A DNA stretch of 64,000 bases. It comes from an uncultured Desulfosarcina sp. GTDB lineage: Bacteria; Desulfobacterota; Desulfobacteria; Desulfobacterales; Desulfosarcinaceae. A program made the translations under genes and the position numbers. This document shows positions 40,118 to 49,720 of the stretch, one piece after another; the stretch's first letter is position 1, and each line of letters starts with the position of its first letter. The stretch spans positions 992,001-1,056,000 of the forward strand of contig CAXXWQ010000004.1 of the NCBI GenBank assembly GCA_963674945.2, written 5' to 3'. The notes under the pieces are model-generated. The model saw nothing but the letters and a program-made list of their open reading frames with translations. It did no database searches and was not told the DNA's origin.

Positions 40118-40359
40118 TTAGTGACTCCTTTTCGAATACACAATATCAAATTCTCATTGGTACGTATCAAAAAAGCGTTTATCGGCGACTCTTTGCAGGT
40201 TCTGAATTGATCTATGACTTCTCCAACCTCGTGTCTTTTCTCTTTGATGAAAAAGGCAAGGGGCAAAAACTGGGTGTCATCAAAATCCACTGCCACCGGT
40301 CTTTGGATGTAATCCAGTTGATCTTCGCTGATCGCTCGTAACGCTTCATCTCTTTTCAT
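40114..40359 (-). CDS. Hypothetical protein
   Basis: 81-aa ORF coupled by ATGA overlaps to both neighbours. Confidence 0.55.
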   Translation of the reverse strand: MKRDEALRAISEDQLDYIQRPVAVDFDDTQFLPLAFFIKEKRHEVGEVIDQFRTCKESPINAFLIRTNENLILCIRKGVTK

Positions 40360-40553
40360 TCGGATTTGTTTTCAAACAAGACGCGGTGATCGACAAGTTC
40401 CATTGCCTTGATTCGTCCGGTTACGGTTTTTTGTTCACCGAACATGCTGACCAAATGCCACTGGTTTTCTCCTATTGGTTCAATTCGATCCACCGACTCC
40501 ATGATCAGTTCTTCCCTGTCATTGACGACTATATATGCATTTGCTTCACACAT
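40356..40553 (-). CDS. cooT: CooT-family nickel-binding protein
   Basis: MCEANAY start (Cys2), IMESVD, MFGEQK and LVDHRV. Confidence 0.85.
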   Translation of the reverse strand: MCEANAYIVVNDREELIMESVDRIEPIGENQWHLVSMFGEQKTVTGRIKAMELVDHRVLFENKSE

Positions 40554-40570
40554 AAAAGTCTCCTTATTGT

Positions 40571-40786
40571 TCATCGATCATCTTTTGTTCCTATGGATGA
40601 TAGTGCATTCTCCATACATTCGAGGCTCTCGGCGGTTAAAACTCCAATTTCCCGAATGTACCGCGCGCTATCGCTATTTCCAGTTTTCTCAAGTTCGTCG
40701 GCAAACTGTTCATACTCCTTCATATGATCTGAAGTATGTTTTAGCCAGTGTTCAATCCGGATTTTCGCCTTCATTTCAAATTCCAT
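40571..40786 (-). CDS. CooJ-like nickel chaperone
   Basis: HWLKHTSDH matches H(W/F)x2Hx3H in a helical protein adjacent to cooT. Confidence 0.7.
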   Translation of the reverse strand: MEFEMKAKIRIEHWLKHTSDHMKEYEQFADELEKTGNSDSARYIREIGVLTAESLECMENALSSIGTKDDR

Positions 40787-40968
40787 AGTATCCTCTCACT
40801 TGTGTTGTCCCATTTTCTGCTTCCCATCTTCCGAAATCCGATTTCTCTCGTAATACTGTTTGGTTGTCTTTGGCCTGGAAGAGCTTTTTACGAGTTCATC
40901 AATCTTCAGTTGCTGAAAAAGCAGTAATCGTTGTGAATGAAAAGCTGTGTCTTTGCCGGTTATTACGA

Positions 40969-41478
40969 TCATGCCTTCATGGAAGCTTTTTTTAGAGGCA
41001 CACTTTCCATTTCCTGCAATCCCAATGCAAAAATCTCCATACGAATTCTCCGGACAGCCTTTGCAATTGCGCCGCGAACCGGCTCTGATATACGATACCC
41101 ATTCGTATCCTTTGGTTCGATCCAGATAAATACCAGTTTCTCGGGAAATCCTCCGGCCAGATCCGTCCTTGCCAAGACCGCCAGAAGTCGCTCTATGGTG
41201 GTATCCTCGGCGGCCATCCAGGTTGCATGCTCCTTGAAAATGGTGCCATTCCAAACATGCAGTCCACCGGGCACACCCGATAGGCGCAGTGGCCCGACAA
41301 CGATGGCCAGATCTGCCTTGTACAGCAACCCGCCGGCATAATTGGGGTTGTCGCCCAGGTAGGAGATGTGAATGGACCGGCCAATTGTCTCGTTGGCCAC
41401 GGACTCCAGAACGAAACAGGCAGCACCACGGTCTCCTTGAAGCACATCGCCTATTCCGAGGATGGTGATCTTTTTCAT
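40969..41478 (-). CDS. Hydrogenase maturation protease-like protein (degenerate)
   Basis: ITILGIGDVLQGDRG, FIWIEP and ISEPVR patterns of the HybD/HupD fold. Confidence 0.72.
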   Translation of the reverse strand: MKKITILGIGDVLQGDRGAACFVLESVANETIGRSIHISYLGDNPNYAGGLLYKADLAIVVGPLRLSGVPGGLHVWNGTIFKEHATWMAAEDTTIERLLAVLARTDLAGGFPEKLVFIWIEPKDTNGYRISEPVRGAIAKAVRRIRMEIFALGLQEMESVPLKKASMKA

Positions 41479-41526
41479 TTCGTTGGCCCTATTTTTTCAT
41501 TTCAGCGTGTACCTAAACTGTGCGTT

Positions 41527-42321
41527 TCAAAGGACTTCTTCCAATTGCAGATCTCTGAATACGGCATCCATGGTACGGCAAACCCGGTGCGCCTCCTGTT
41601 CGGAGCCGGCAAATCCGATCCAGCATTGCCAGATTTCATCTTCGTTTCTCCATGCATTTCCGTCCGGCTTCAACAGATCCTCCTGATTACAATTGTCCAA
41701 TACGCGGTTGAACAAGGCGATCTTTTTGATCAGATTCGGCTCCGAATCCTCCCCGCCGTTGTTCCGGTATTCTAAATAGAGACTGTCCTTGACATGGTTG
41801 TACAGTCCATATTTGAAATCGTGGATGCGGCGGGGAATGTTGGAAAGGACCCACTGCTGGTTTTTTCGCACCAGTTCCTTTCGGATGCGTTCTTTACAAT
41901 CAACGACAGCGTTGGTTAGCTTCTGTTGTAACTCCTCACGATCTACCGTTTTTTCTTTCATGGGAATAAAGTTCTCATGCCACTCGTCGAATTCTTTTAT
42001 GAATGCCGACCGGATTTCCGGATCCGATATTTCTTGGGCAACCGCCTTCGGATCCGGCGTCAGCAGATCGTCCAGATCGATCAGGACTTCATCCACGATC
42101 CAACTAAAGGGTTTTCCAGTCTGCGAATCTTTGCCGATACGATGAACCAAATGAGCAAACTGGATACGGGCCGTAGCGTCGGTATCGGCTAATACACGGA
42201 ACCCCCATTTCCCGGTTACGGATGGACAATCCGGGAATGTGCCGCGTTCGTGAAGGTCAAAAACACAGGGAACCTTGTACTTGGGTTGATAAATCACAAA
42301 AAAACCCTCGGAAATTTTCAT
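41527..42321 (-). CDS. Hypothetical protein, first gene of the metal locus
   Basis: 264-aa ORF with AAGGAG RBS; no family recognised. Confidence 0.75.
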   Translation of the reverse strand: MKISEGFFVIYQPKYKVPCVFDLHERGTFPDCPSVTGKWGFRVLADTDATARIQFAHLVHRIGKDSQTGKPFSWIVDEVLIDLDDLLTPDPKAVAQEISDPEIRSAFIKEFDEWHENFIPMKEKTVDREELQQKLTNAVVDCKERIRKELVRKNQQWVLSNIPRRIHDFKYGLYNHVKDSLYLEYRNNGGEDSEPNLIKKIALFNRVLDNCNQEDLLKPDGNAWRNEDEIWQCWIGFAGSEQEAHRVCRTMDAVFRDLQLEEVL

Positions 42322-42545
42322 TTGGCTCTCCTTTTATGGTTGGTTTTAATCCTATCGCTATTTGGCCATGGTCGAAGAATGCCTGCCAATTGTGAGATGT
42401 TGCACTTTTATTTAACCTTGGCTTTTGTATCCCTTACGGTTGAGACCGAATCCTTCCCGCAGGCCACGGACATATTTTGACAGACGACTGTCTTCGTGTC
42501 GCGCTATCGGTTTTGTGAAAGTTACCTGGAATTTGAGCCGGAGAA

Positions 42546-42598
42546 ATAAAAAAGCCATGCCGGCCGCCTGGTAACCGATGGTTGGGCCTTCATGGCTC
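42546..42598 (-). terminator. Leader hairpin/terminator (possible attenuator)
   Basis: Minus strand AGCCATGAAGGCC...GGCCGGCATGGCTTTTTTAT. Confidence 0.6.
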
Positions 42599-42677
42599 TA
42601 CTTGGAAATGATAGTGATGATATTTCGTGAAATGCCATTTTCCTAACGGCAGATTGTGTCACCCTTTAAAACAAAAT

Positions 42678-42704
42678 GTGTTATTTGTAAACAACTTATT
42701 TACT
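42678..42704. promoter_or_regulatory. Putative NikR-type operator
   Basis: GTGTTAT-N13-ATTTACT, one good half-site, overlapping a minus-strand TTTACA -35-like hexamer. Confidence 0.4.
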
Positions 42705-42931
42705 GAAATGTTCCGTTTTGGAAAATTGGCTCAAATCGCGGTAACCAATTGACATTACAAAATTAATGGCCTAAAAAAGAGTCATAATGCAAGTTTGCTC
42801 CGCTATCTTTCCCTGTAAAACAAAAATAACGGAAATCGCTGGGACATGGCCTTTGCGATGAGGTACGGTTCTCATGCTCTTCCCGGATTAGCAAAGTGAT
42901 TCGATACAATGATTTATTAAGGAGGTGGATG

Positions 42932-44146
42932 ATGGGTACACAGCGGACTTGGAAAACGAAAACTTTACACAATTATGCAGTGATCGGCGCTATATTGTTC
43001 ATCGCTATCTGCTGTGGCGGTTGCGGCGGCGGGGGAGGCGGCGGTGGTACCGCATCGGTTGATTCGGGTGTTGCTGTTATCGCTGAAATTTCCTCATCAG
43101 GTGGAATCGTCAAACATCCCGACGGATTTTTCATTGAATTCAAAACGGATGATGTTAGCGAAACGATCTCAATATCAATTTCAAAAGTTGCTCTTCCGTC
43201 CGCCTTGCCGGATCAGATCCAAGCCGTATCCGATACGTTTCAAGTCGATATGGATAAGACTTCTCTGATGAATCCGGTCACCATCGCATTTGAACTCAGC
43301 GATGCTCAGAATCAGCAAGATGCCGGCACATTGGGCATATATCGATGGGATGGAGAAGGATGGTACAATGTCGGTGGACACAAAGAAGATGGTGTGATGT
43401 CTACGCAGGTGCGTCACTTTTCGGCATTTGTATTGGGCACGGGACCCAGCCTTCATAAAGTCGTCGAGTTTGAAAACAATGGGACGTATGATGCCTGTGT
43501 CTCGGTCGCGGATTACGAATTGGCTCATCCGGATATGGATTCCCCCATCGATAGAAACTTCAGTGTAATTGTCTGGTCACTCGGACATGACAATTCAGGG
43601 CATCAGGGGATGTGGCTTCCCCAGGGAAGCTTCCAATTCTGTACTCAATGGTGGGATAACACAACATATAAAAATTACCATCGATTTTTGGGGGATAGTC
43701 CGCCAGACCCATGGAATTATACGCTGTCCGAGACCACTGGAACGACCATCATTCCTTTCGATACCAGCACAAACAAGATGGAAGGTTTATGTCCACCACC
43801 TTTCAATACGGCTTATGGCGAAAGTCGTCGATATGCAGACTGTGAAGACGGCCAGGGGTTTCTGGGAGACTGGGTGTTTTTCATTGAAGGTGCCGAAGAA
43901 GGCGGATGGCACTATTATGTTGAATTAAAAGATGATTGTACACTCGCCTGGACATCTTACGTCATGTGGGCCTATAATAACTCCGGTATTGGTCAGTGGG
44001 GATATGACGGCGCAACCAATGAACTCTGGTGGATATTGACAAGCATTGTGTCGGGCGGAACGGTAACCCCCATCGATAGTACGCACATGCATGTAAATGA
44101 TCCTGATTTGAAAGATGGCAAAGTATGGGAGTGGCGTCGGGATTAG
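42932..44146 (+). CDS. Putative lipoprotein
   Basis: GGAGG RBS, hydrophobic segment, Cys then poly-Gly linker; ZU5-like SSGG...HFSAF region. Confidence 0.7.
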   Translation: MGTQRTWKTKTLHNYAVIGAILFIAICCGGCGGGGGGGGTASVDSGVAVIAEISSSGGIVKHPDGFFIEFKTDDVSETISISISKVALPSALPDQIQAVSDTFQVDMDKTSLMNPVTIAFELSDAQNQQDAGTLGIYRWDGEGWYNVGGHKEDGVMSTQVRHFSAFVLGTGPSLHKVVEFENNGTYDACVSVADYELAHPDMDSPIDRNFSVIVWSLGHDNSGHQGMWLPQGSFQFCTQWWDNTTYKNYHRFLGDSPPDPWNYTLSETTGTTIIPFDTSTNKMEGLCPPPFNTAYGESRRYADCEDGQGFLGDWVFFIEGAEEGGWHYYVELKDDCTLAWTSYVMWAYNNSGIGQWGYDGATNELWWILTSIVSGGTVTPIDSTHMHVNDPDLKDGKVWEWRRD

Positions 44147-44190
44147 GGAACTTTGCCAAGAAACCTTTCATCATTTCAAATTTCATGATT

Positions 44191-44230
44191 TCCCCCTCGC
44201 AAAGGCAAGCCGTTGCATTTTGCGAGGGGA
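44191..44230. terminator. Stem-loop after the lipoprotein gene
   Basis: CCCCTCGCAAA...TTTGCGAGGGG inverted repeat. Confidence 0.5.
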
Positions 44231-44477
44231 ATGTGCAAATTTTTAAACACCGGTGGTGATATTCTCCACCTGGTTTTCCATATCCAACTCTTTTGCCAAA
44301 CCGTAAATTCCCTGTAATAGCAATTGGTTGTCCCTATTCGCGGTGCTTCCGGGATCTTGGGCGGATCATCGTGTCCGATGGATGGCACTTTTATTGCTGT
44401 ATCACTCTTTTCACTTGATCTTCATAATCGAAATACGCCTGTTGTGGAGCGAACCAGGCGTTTTCGGGGGCAACGAA

Positions 44478-46016
44478 ATGATGGCATTCAATATAGCGCG
44501 GTACGGCTTGGTGATTCGTCGGTTCTGTGCCGTTGGCCTGGCGTTTCTGATGATGAACATAATCTGTGCATGCGGCGGTGGTGCTCCTGTCGCAGATGAC
44601 AAACGCCCTGAAATCAGCGACCCGGGCAATGCGTCCGAATCCCCCGATATTCCGCCTGTGGAAGACCTCACCCAATGGGAAGCGGACGATTTCGAACATG
44701 TCTATGACGTGGGGCCCGGTCGTGCGTTCGCCGAACCGGGTGATGTGCCCTGGGAGTCGCTGCAGCCCTCCACGCTGGTGCGCATCTACTACCGCGATAT
44801 CCCTTACCGGGCCAAGTGGGTGGTCAATGTCGCCGGCACGGCCGAAAAACCGGTGGTGATTCTGGGAATGGCCGACAATGACCGCCGACCGTGCATCAGC
44901 GGAGAGAATGCCGTGACACGCCAGGCGCTCGATTACTGGAACGAGGTGCGTTCGGTGATCAAGGTGGGCGGGTCGAGCACTCCCGACAATCCCGCCGGAC
45001 CGTCACACATCCACATCCAGGGATTGGAGATCCGCAGCGCGCGGCCGTCTTACAGTTTTTCAGACGATGCCGGTTCTCAGGAAAGGTACAGCCAGAATGC
45101 CGCCGCCATTCATGTGGAAGAAGGAGAAGACATCACCATTGCCGATTGCATCCTGCGCGACGCAGGCAACGGGATCTTTTCCGGATCGGCTTCATCCCGT
45201 CTGATCATTCGCGCCAACCTGATTTATGACAATGGCATCGATGGCAGCATCTACCACCACAACTCCTACACCGAGAGCCAGGGAATTCTTTTTGAACGAA
45301 ACCACTACGGGCCTCTGCGCAGCGGTTGTTTGGGCAATAATTTGAAGGATCGTTCGTGCGGCACCGTCATCCGATACAACTGGATCGAGGGCGGCAACCG
45401 CCAACTGGACCTGGTGGAGACCGATTATGCGCATATCGCAGACGATCCATCTTACCAGGAGACGTTTGTCTACGGCAATCTGCTCATCGAACCCGACGGA
45501 GCCGGCAACAGTCAGATTCTGCACTATGGCGGCGATGGTGGTGATGTCGACATGTACCGTCGAGGAACCCTTTACTTCTATCACAACACGGTGGTCTCCA
45601 CACGTTCGGGCAACACCACCCTCTTGCGCTTAAGCACCACCGATGTGAACGCCGATGTGGTGAACAACATTCTTTACCCTTTTGCCGGTGGAAGCCGCCT
45701 TGCCATCACCAGCGGAAACGGCCAGACACGCCTTTTCGGCAACTGGCTGCCCGAGGGATGGCAAATTACCCACGAGGCCGGCCTGGAAGAAGGTGCTGCG
45801 CTTCTGGACCTGGGCAATCAAGAGGGACTGGCACCCGGGTTTGTGGATGAAGACGACCAGGATTTCCACCTGGCCACCGGTTCCGACGCCTGTGGCAATG
45901 CAGAGGCCCTGCCTGCGGCCGTATTGTCCTATCCGCCGGATCATCAATATGTCGTGCACCGGCAATACGAACCCCGGCATTTTGAATCGGATATCGGTGC
46001 ATTTGAATGCTTCTGA
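44478..46016 (+). CDS. Right-handed beta-helix (pectate lyase-like) exported protein
   Basis: Lipobox-like ICAC, YDVGPG, HNSYTES, GNNLKDRS, IRYNWIEGG and terminal DIGAFE. Confidence 0.78.
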   Translation: MMAFNIARYGLVIRRFCAVGLAFLMMNIICACGGGAPVADDKRPEISDPGNASESPDIPPVEDLTQWEADDFEHVYDVGPGRAFAEPGDVPWESLQPSTLVRIYYRDIPYRAKWVVNVAGTAEKPVVILGMADNDRRPCISGENAVTRQALDYWNEVRSVIKVGGSSTPDNPAGPSHIHIQGLEIRSARPSYSFSDDAGSQERYSQNAAAIHVEEGEDITIADCILRDAGNGIFSGSASSRLIIRANLIYDNGIDGSIYHHNSYTESQGILFERNHYGPLRSGCLGNNLKDRSCGTVIRYNWIEGGNRQLDLVETDYAHIADDPSYQETFVYGNLLIEPDGAGNSQILHYGGDGGDVDMYRRGTLYFYHNTVVSTRSGNTTLLRLSTTDVNADVVNNILYPFAGGSRLAITSGNGQTRLFGNWLPEGWQITHEAGLEEGAALLDLGNQEGLAPGFVDEDDQDFHLATGSDACGNAEALPAAVLSYPPDHQYVVHRQYEPRHFESDIGAFECF

Positions 46017-46192
46017 AAAATCTTTCCCCACCATCAGGATCAAGATAGCGGCATCGGAGGCCATGTTGGCCCGCTGCATCGATTGTCTAATGATCAATCG
46101 TGTGGTATTCGAATTTCGATTTCAGGTGTGAATGAATATGGCGTGGGATCTCGTATCTCTCACCAAAACCAATTCACCTCCCATGGAAGCAT

Positions 46193-47214
46193 ATGGAAAA
46201 GGAATACGAACACATTCTCAAGCAGGCGGCTTTGGCCCATGAAGAGGGCAGGCTTGCCGATGCGGAAAACGCCTATCTGGAAGTATTGAGTGAAAAACCG
46301 GATTCGGGACCGGTGCTGAATGCGCTTGGAACGGTCTTTCTGGACCAGTCCCAATCGGACAGGGCAAAAAAGGTTTTTGAAAAGGCGGCCAACCTGAATC
46401 CGCCCGATCTATCGGCATGTTATAATCTTGGCAGGCGCAAGCAGTTGGAGGGTGACGAAAAGGGGGCCATAAACATCTACAGGGCCATCGTTACGCAGGA
46501 GCCCAGATTTGGCCTGGCATGGAACAACCTGGGGTGGTGTACCGGGAAATCGGCGAACCGGAGGAAGCCATCTCCTGTTTTCGAAAAGCCGTGGCATTTG
46601 CTCCCGACATGGCCGAGGCATGGAACAACCTGGGTGTGGCACAGGATGAGTTTGATATGATTGAAAACGCCTGCCGGTCATACCAAAAGGCGATTGAAAT
46701 ACAGCCAGCGTATGCATCCGCCCACTTTAACCTCGGGGTCTCTCTGCAGAAAAGGGGGCAATTCAAGGCAGCCGAGGACCATTACAACAAAGTGCTGGAA
46801 ATCAAACCGGACGACGAGGCGGCGATTTTTATGCGCCAGAGCCTGGGGAGATCCACAATTCCCGATGCCGCCCCGGCACAGCATGTGCGCAGGATTTTCG
46901 ATCGTTGTGCCGGCACGTTTGAAAAGATTCTGGTAAACGATCTGGAATACAAGACCCCTGAACTTTTGTTCAACCTTGTACGCCCACATCTAAAGCAAGA
47001 TCTGACGGTTCTGGATTTAGGCTGCGGCACCGGTTTGGGCTCACAATTCTACCGGCCCTATGCAAAGCTGCTGATCGGCGTCGATGTGTCTCCCAAAATG
47101 CTCCAAAAGGCTTTGGAGAAAAATATCTACGAGGATCTCAGCGTCTTTGACATCCTTCAAGACTGGGCATTTTCCCAACCGTTCGATCTCATATACAGCT
47201 ATAGGGATTGTTAA
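46193..47214 (+). pseudogene. TPR-repeat plus SAM-methyltransferase protein, frameshifted and truncated
   Basis: AWNNLG/VVYRE broken at a G-run (about 46530); LDLGCGTG; ends shortly after FDLIYS. Confidence 0.82.
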
Positions 47215-47508
47215 TTGTGGCAGAAAAGGGTCTCAAATAGACATTCGTGTTTAATGGTCAATGGTATAAAATCGAGGTTACTTTCGATAGATTCTAAAGA
47301 ATTCTTTCCGCCGGACGAAATTAATGATAATCGATCTCATTAAGCCGAAGAACTGTTGCTGAATCTCCAGAGCCTCCATCGCTCCGCATCCCCCTCTTGT
47401 TCCACGCGACAATTCAACCTCTTTCATAACCATTTATAAGTAAGCGCTGAATACGTTTTAGCGAACCATGAAGAACCGTTATCCAAACCTGACGGAGACC
47501 TGATTTCG

Positions 47509-49563
47509 ATGAATAAGAGATATAAGATCGCCACCAGAATCTTACTGCCTGTCATCTGTATGACGATTGTTGCTTCCATAGCGCTGTTTTTCATTGCCGG
47601 AAGCACGTTCAATGGAATCATGGAACGGAATCTCGAACAAACTGCACGCTCCAAGGCAAACGATATTACCATCAGTGAGGGGCGCATCGCCAACAAAATG
47701 CTTTCCCAGGCCGCCCTTTTCAGCCAGGCGGATGCCGTTAAAAAAGCATATGAGACCGCATATCAGGGAGATGTAAACAACGCCGACGACCCCCATATGG
47801 AATCGGCACGCCGGCAGTTGCATGGGTATTTTGCATCCATAGAGGAAGGATACCGGAAAATTCACGATGGAAAAGCCTTTCGGATTCACTTTCATGTTCC
47901 ACCAGCCAGGAGCCTTTTGCGGTTATGGAAAAAGGACCAGCACCAAAGCGACGACCTGATCACCTTCCGTGACACGGTAGCGACCATCAGCCGGGGCAAC
48001 CACAAACCGATTACCGGAATCGAAATCGGCAGAGGCGGATTCGCCATCCGCGGGATCGTACCCATCTTTGCCGATGACGGTAGATATCTGGGATCCGTGG
48101 AGTCGTTGTCCACATACGATCCGCTGGTAAAGTATAGCGTCAGCAACGGCAATGAGTACATTGCCGTATATATGAACAAAGAATTTCTTCCTGTCGCCAC
48201 GCGCCTGCAGGATTCATCTAAATATCCAGTCGTTGGAGATAAATTTGTCCATATCACTTCTACGAAAAAAGAAATCACGGATACGGTCGTCACACCGGAG
48301 TTGTTGGCATCCGGGCAAACGGGGCAGGTTTCGGTCAGGATGGACAATTATTTCATATCGGCTTTTCCCATCCACGATTTCAGCAACAAGCAAATCGGTG
48401 TAATCGCCTATGCCTATGATGCTGGTGATCACTATGCCATGGTGGATAAAATCCGATGGGGTATTGCCGGTTTGTGCGTTCTTCTTTCGGTCGGGATCGT
48501 CTTGCCACTGGTATTTTGCGCCCGTTCGGTGATCGTGCCGATCAACCGAACGATCGTCAGGCTCAAAGATATCGCGGAAGGTGACGGGGACCTGACGAAA
48601 CGGTTGGAGATCATAAAACAGGATGAAATCGGCGAAATGGCCCGATGGTTCAACACATTCCTGGATAAGCTGCAGACCATGATCCGCAAAATCGCTGAGA
48701 ACTCTTCTAATGTCGATCAGTCTTCCAAAGAATTTGCGGAAATTGCTACACATGTATCACAAGGGGCCGGCGATACCTCACAGCGTTCGAACAACGTATC
48801 CACCGCGATAGAGGAGATGAGTGCCAACCTGAACAGTGTGGCTGCGGCCATGGAGGAGTCCTCGACAAGCGCGTCCATGGTGGCCACGGCTACCGAAGAA
48901 ATGACAGCGACGATAAATGAGATTGCCCAAAATGCGGAGAAAGCGCGTTCTTCTTCCGACCAGGCCGTTCAAAGAGCGGACAAGGCCTCCATACAGATGG
49001 ATGAATTGCGTCGATCAGCCCAAAACATCGGCAAGGTGGTCGAAACGATCACTGAAATTTCCGAACAGGTCAACCTGTTGGCCCTCAATGCAACCATCGA
49101 GGCGGCCCGGGCAGGCGAGGCCGGCAAGGGCTTTGCTGTAGTGGCCAACGAGATCAAGGAACTGGCCAACCAGACCTCCGCGGCGACACTGGAGATCAAG
49201 GATATAATAACGAATATCCAGAGCAGCACCGACGGATCGGTGAAAAGTATCGAAGAAATAACGGCGGTCATAAAAGATTCAAACGGAATTATTGCCACGA
49301 TTGCCACCGCTGTCGAAGAACAGTCTACCGTGGCGCAAGAGATCGCCGATAGCATTGCCCAGGCGTCTGCCGGCATCCAGGAGGTGAACGAAAATGCGAA
49401 CCAGAGTTCTGCCGTGGCGACCCGCATTACGCAGGACATCGCAGTCGTTGACCGGAGTGCCGGAGAAATCGCCGTCAGCAGCAATCGGATGACGTCAAAG
49501 GCGGAAGCGTTGAAACGAATGGCTTCAGAACTCAACCAGGTTGTCGCCATTTTCAAAGTATAG
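47509..49563 (+). CDS. Methyl-accepting chemotaxis protein (Cache sensor, HAMP)
   Basis: [34 protein letters not shown]; two TM segments; GDLTKRL. Confidence 0.95.
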   Translation: MNKRYKIATRILLPVICMTIVASIALFFIAGSTFNGIMERNLEQTARSKANDITISEGRIANKMLSQAALFSQADAVKKAYETAYQGDVNNADDPHMESARRQLHGYFASIEEGYRKIHDGKAFRIHFHVPPARSLLRLWKKDQHQSDDLITFRDTVATISRGNHKPITGIEIGRGGFAIRGIVPIFADDGRYLGSVESLSTYDPLVKYSVSNGNEYIAVYMNKEFLPVATRLQDSSKYPVVGDKFVHITSTKKEITDTVVTPELLASGQTGQVSVRMDNYFISAFPIHDFSNKQIGVIAYAYDAGDHYAMVDKIRWGIAGLCVLLSVGIVLPLVFCARSVIVPINRTIVRLKDIAEGDGDLTKRLEIIKQDEIGEMARWFNTFLDKLQTMIRKIAENSSNVDQSSKEFAEIATHVSQGAGDTSQRSNNVSTAIEEMSANLNSVAAAMEESSTSASMVATATEEMTATINEIAQNAEKARSSSDQAVQRADKASIQMDELRRSAQNIGKVVETITEISEQVNLLALNATIEAARAGEAGKGFAVVANEIKELANQTSAATLEIKDIITNIQSSTDGSVKSIEEITAVIKDSNGIIATIATAVEEQSTVAQEIADSIAQASAGIQEVNENANQSSAVATRITQDIAVVDRSAGEIAVSSNRMTSKAEALKRMASELNQVVAIFKV

Positions 49564-49720
49564 TCCATGTTTGTCCAGAAGAAGAGAAGTCTTTTTCAAG
49601 CCAGTTTCAAACGACGATACAAAGCAACAAGACGGCCTGTTTTAAAGCTTTTACGATAGTGCCACGCGAATACGAAAAGAGTTATTAGGACTGTCAGACA
49701 CCAAAAAGCAGAGTTCATCC

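Noticed and set aside
40884..40902. CTTTTTACGAGTTCATCAA as the end of a small dispersed repeat element
   Set aside because: Only one end is visible and there is no second copy in the window
42591..42660. His-rich leader peptide (HFTKYHHYHF) upstream of the metal locus
   Set aside because: That frame has no ATG/GTG start before an upstream stop
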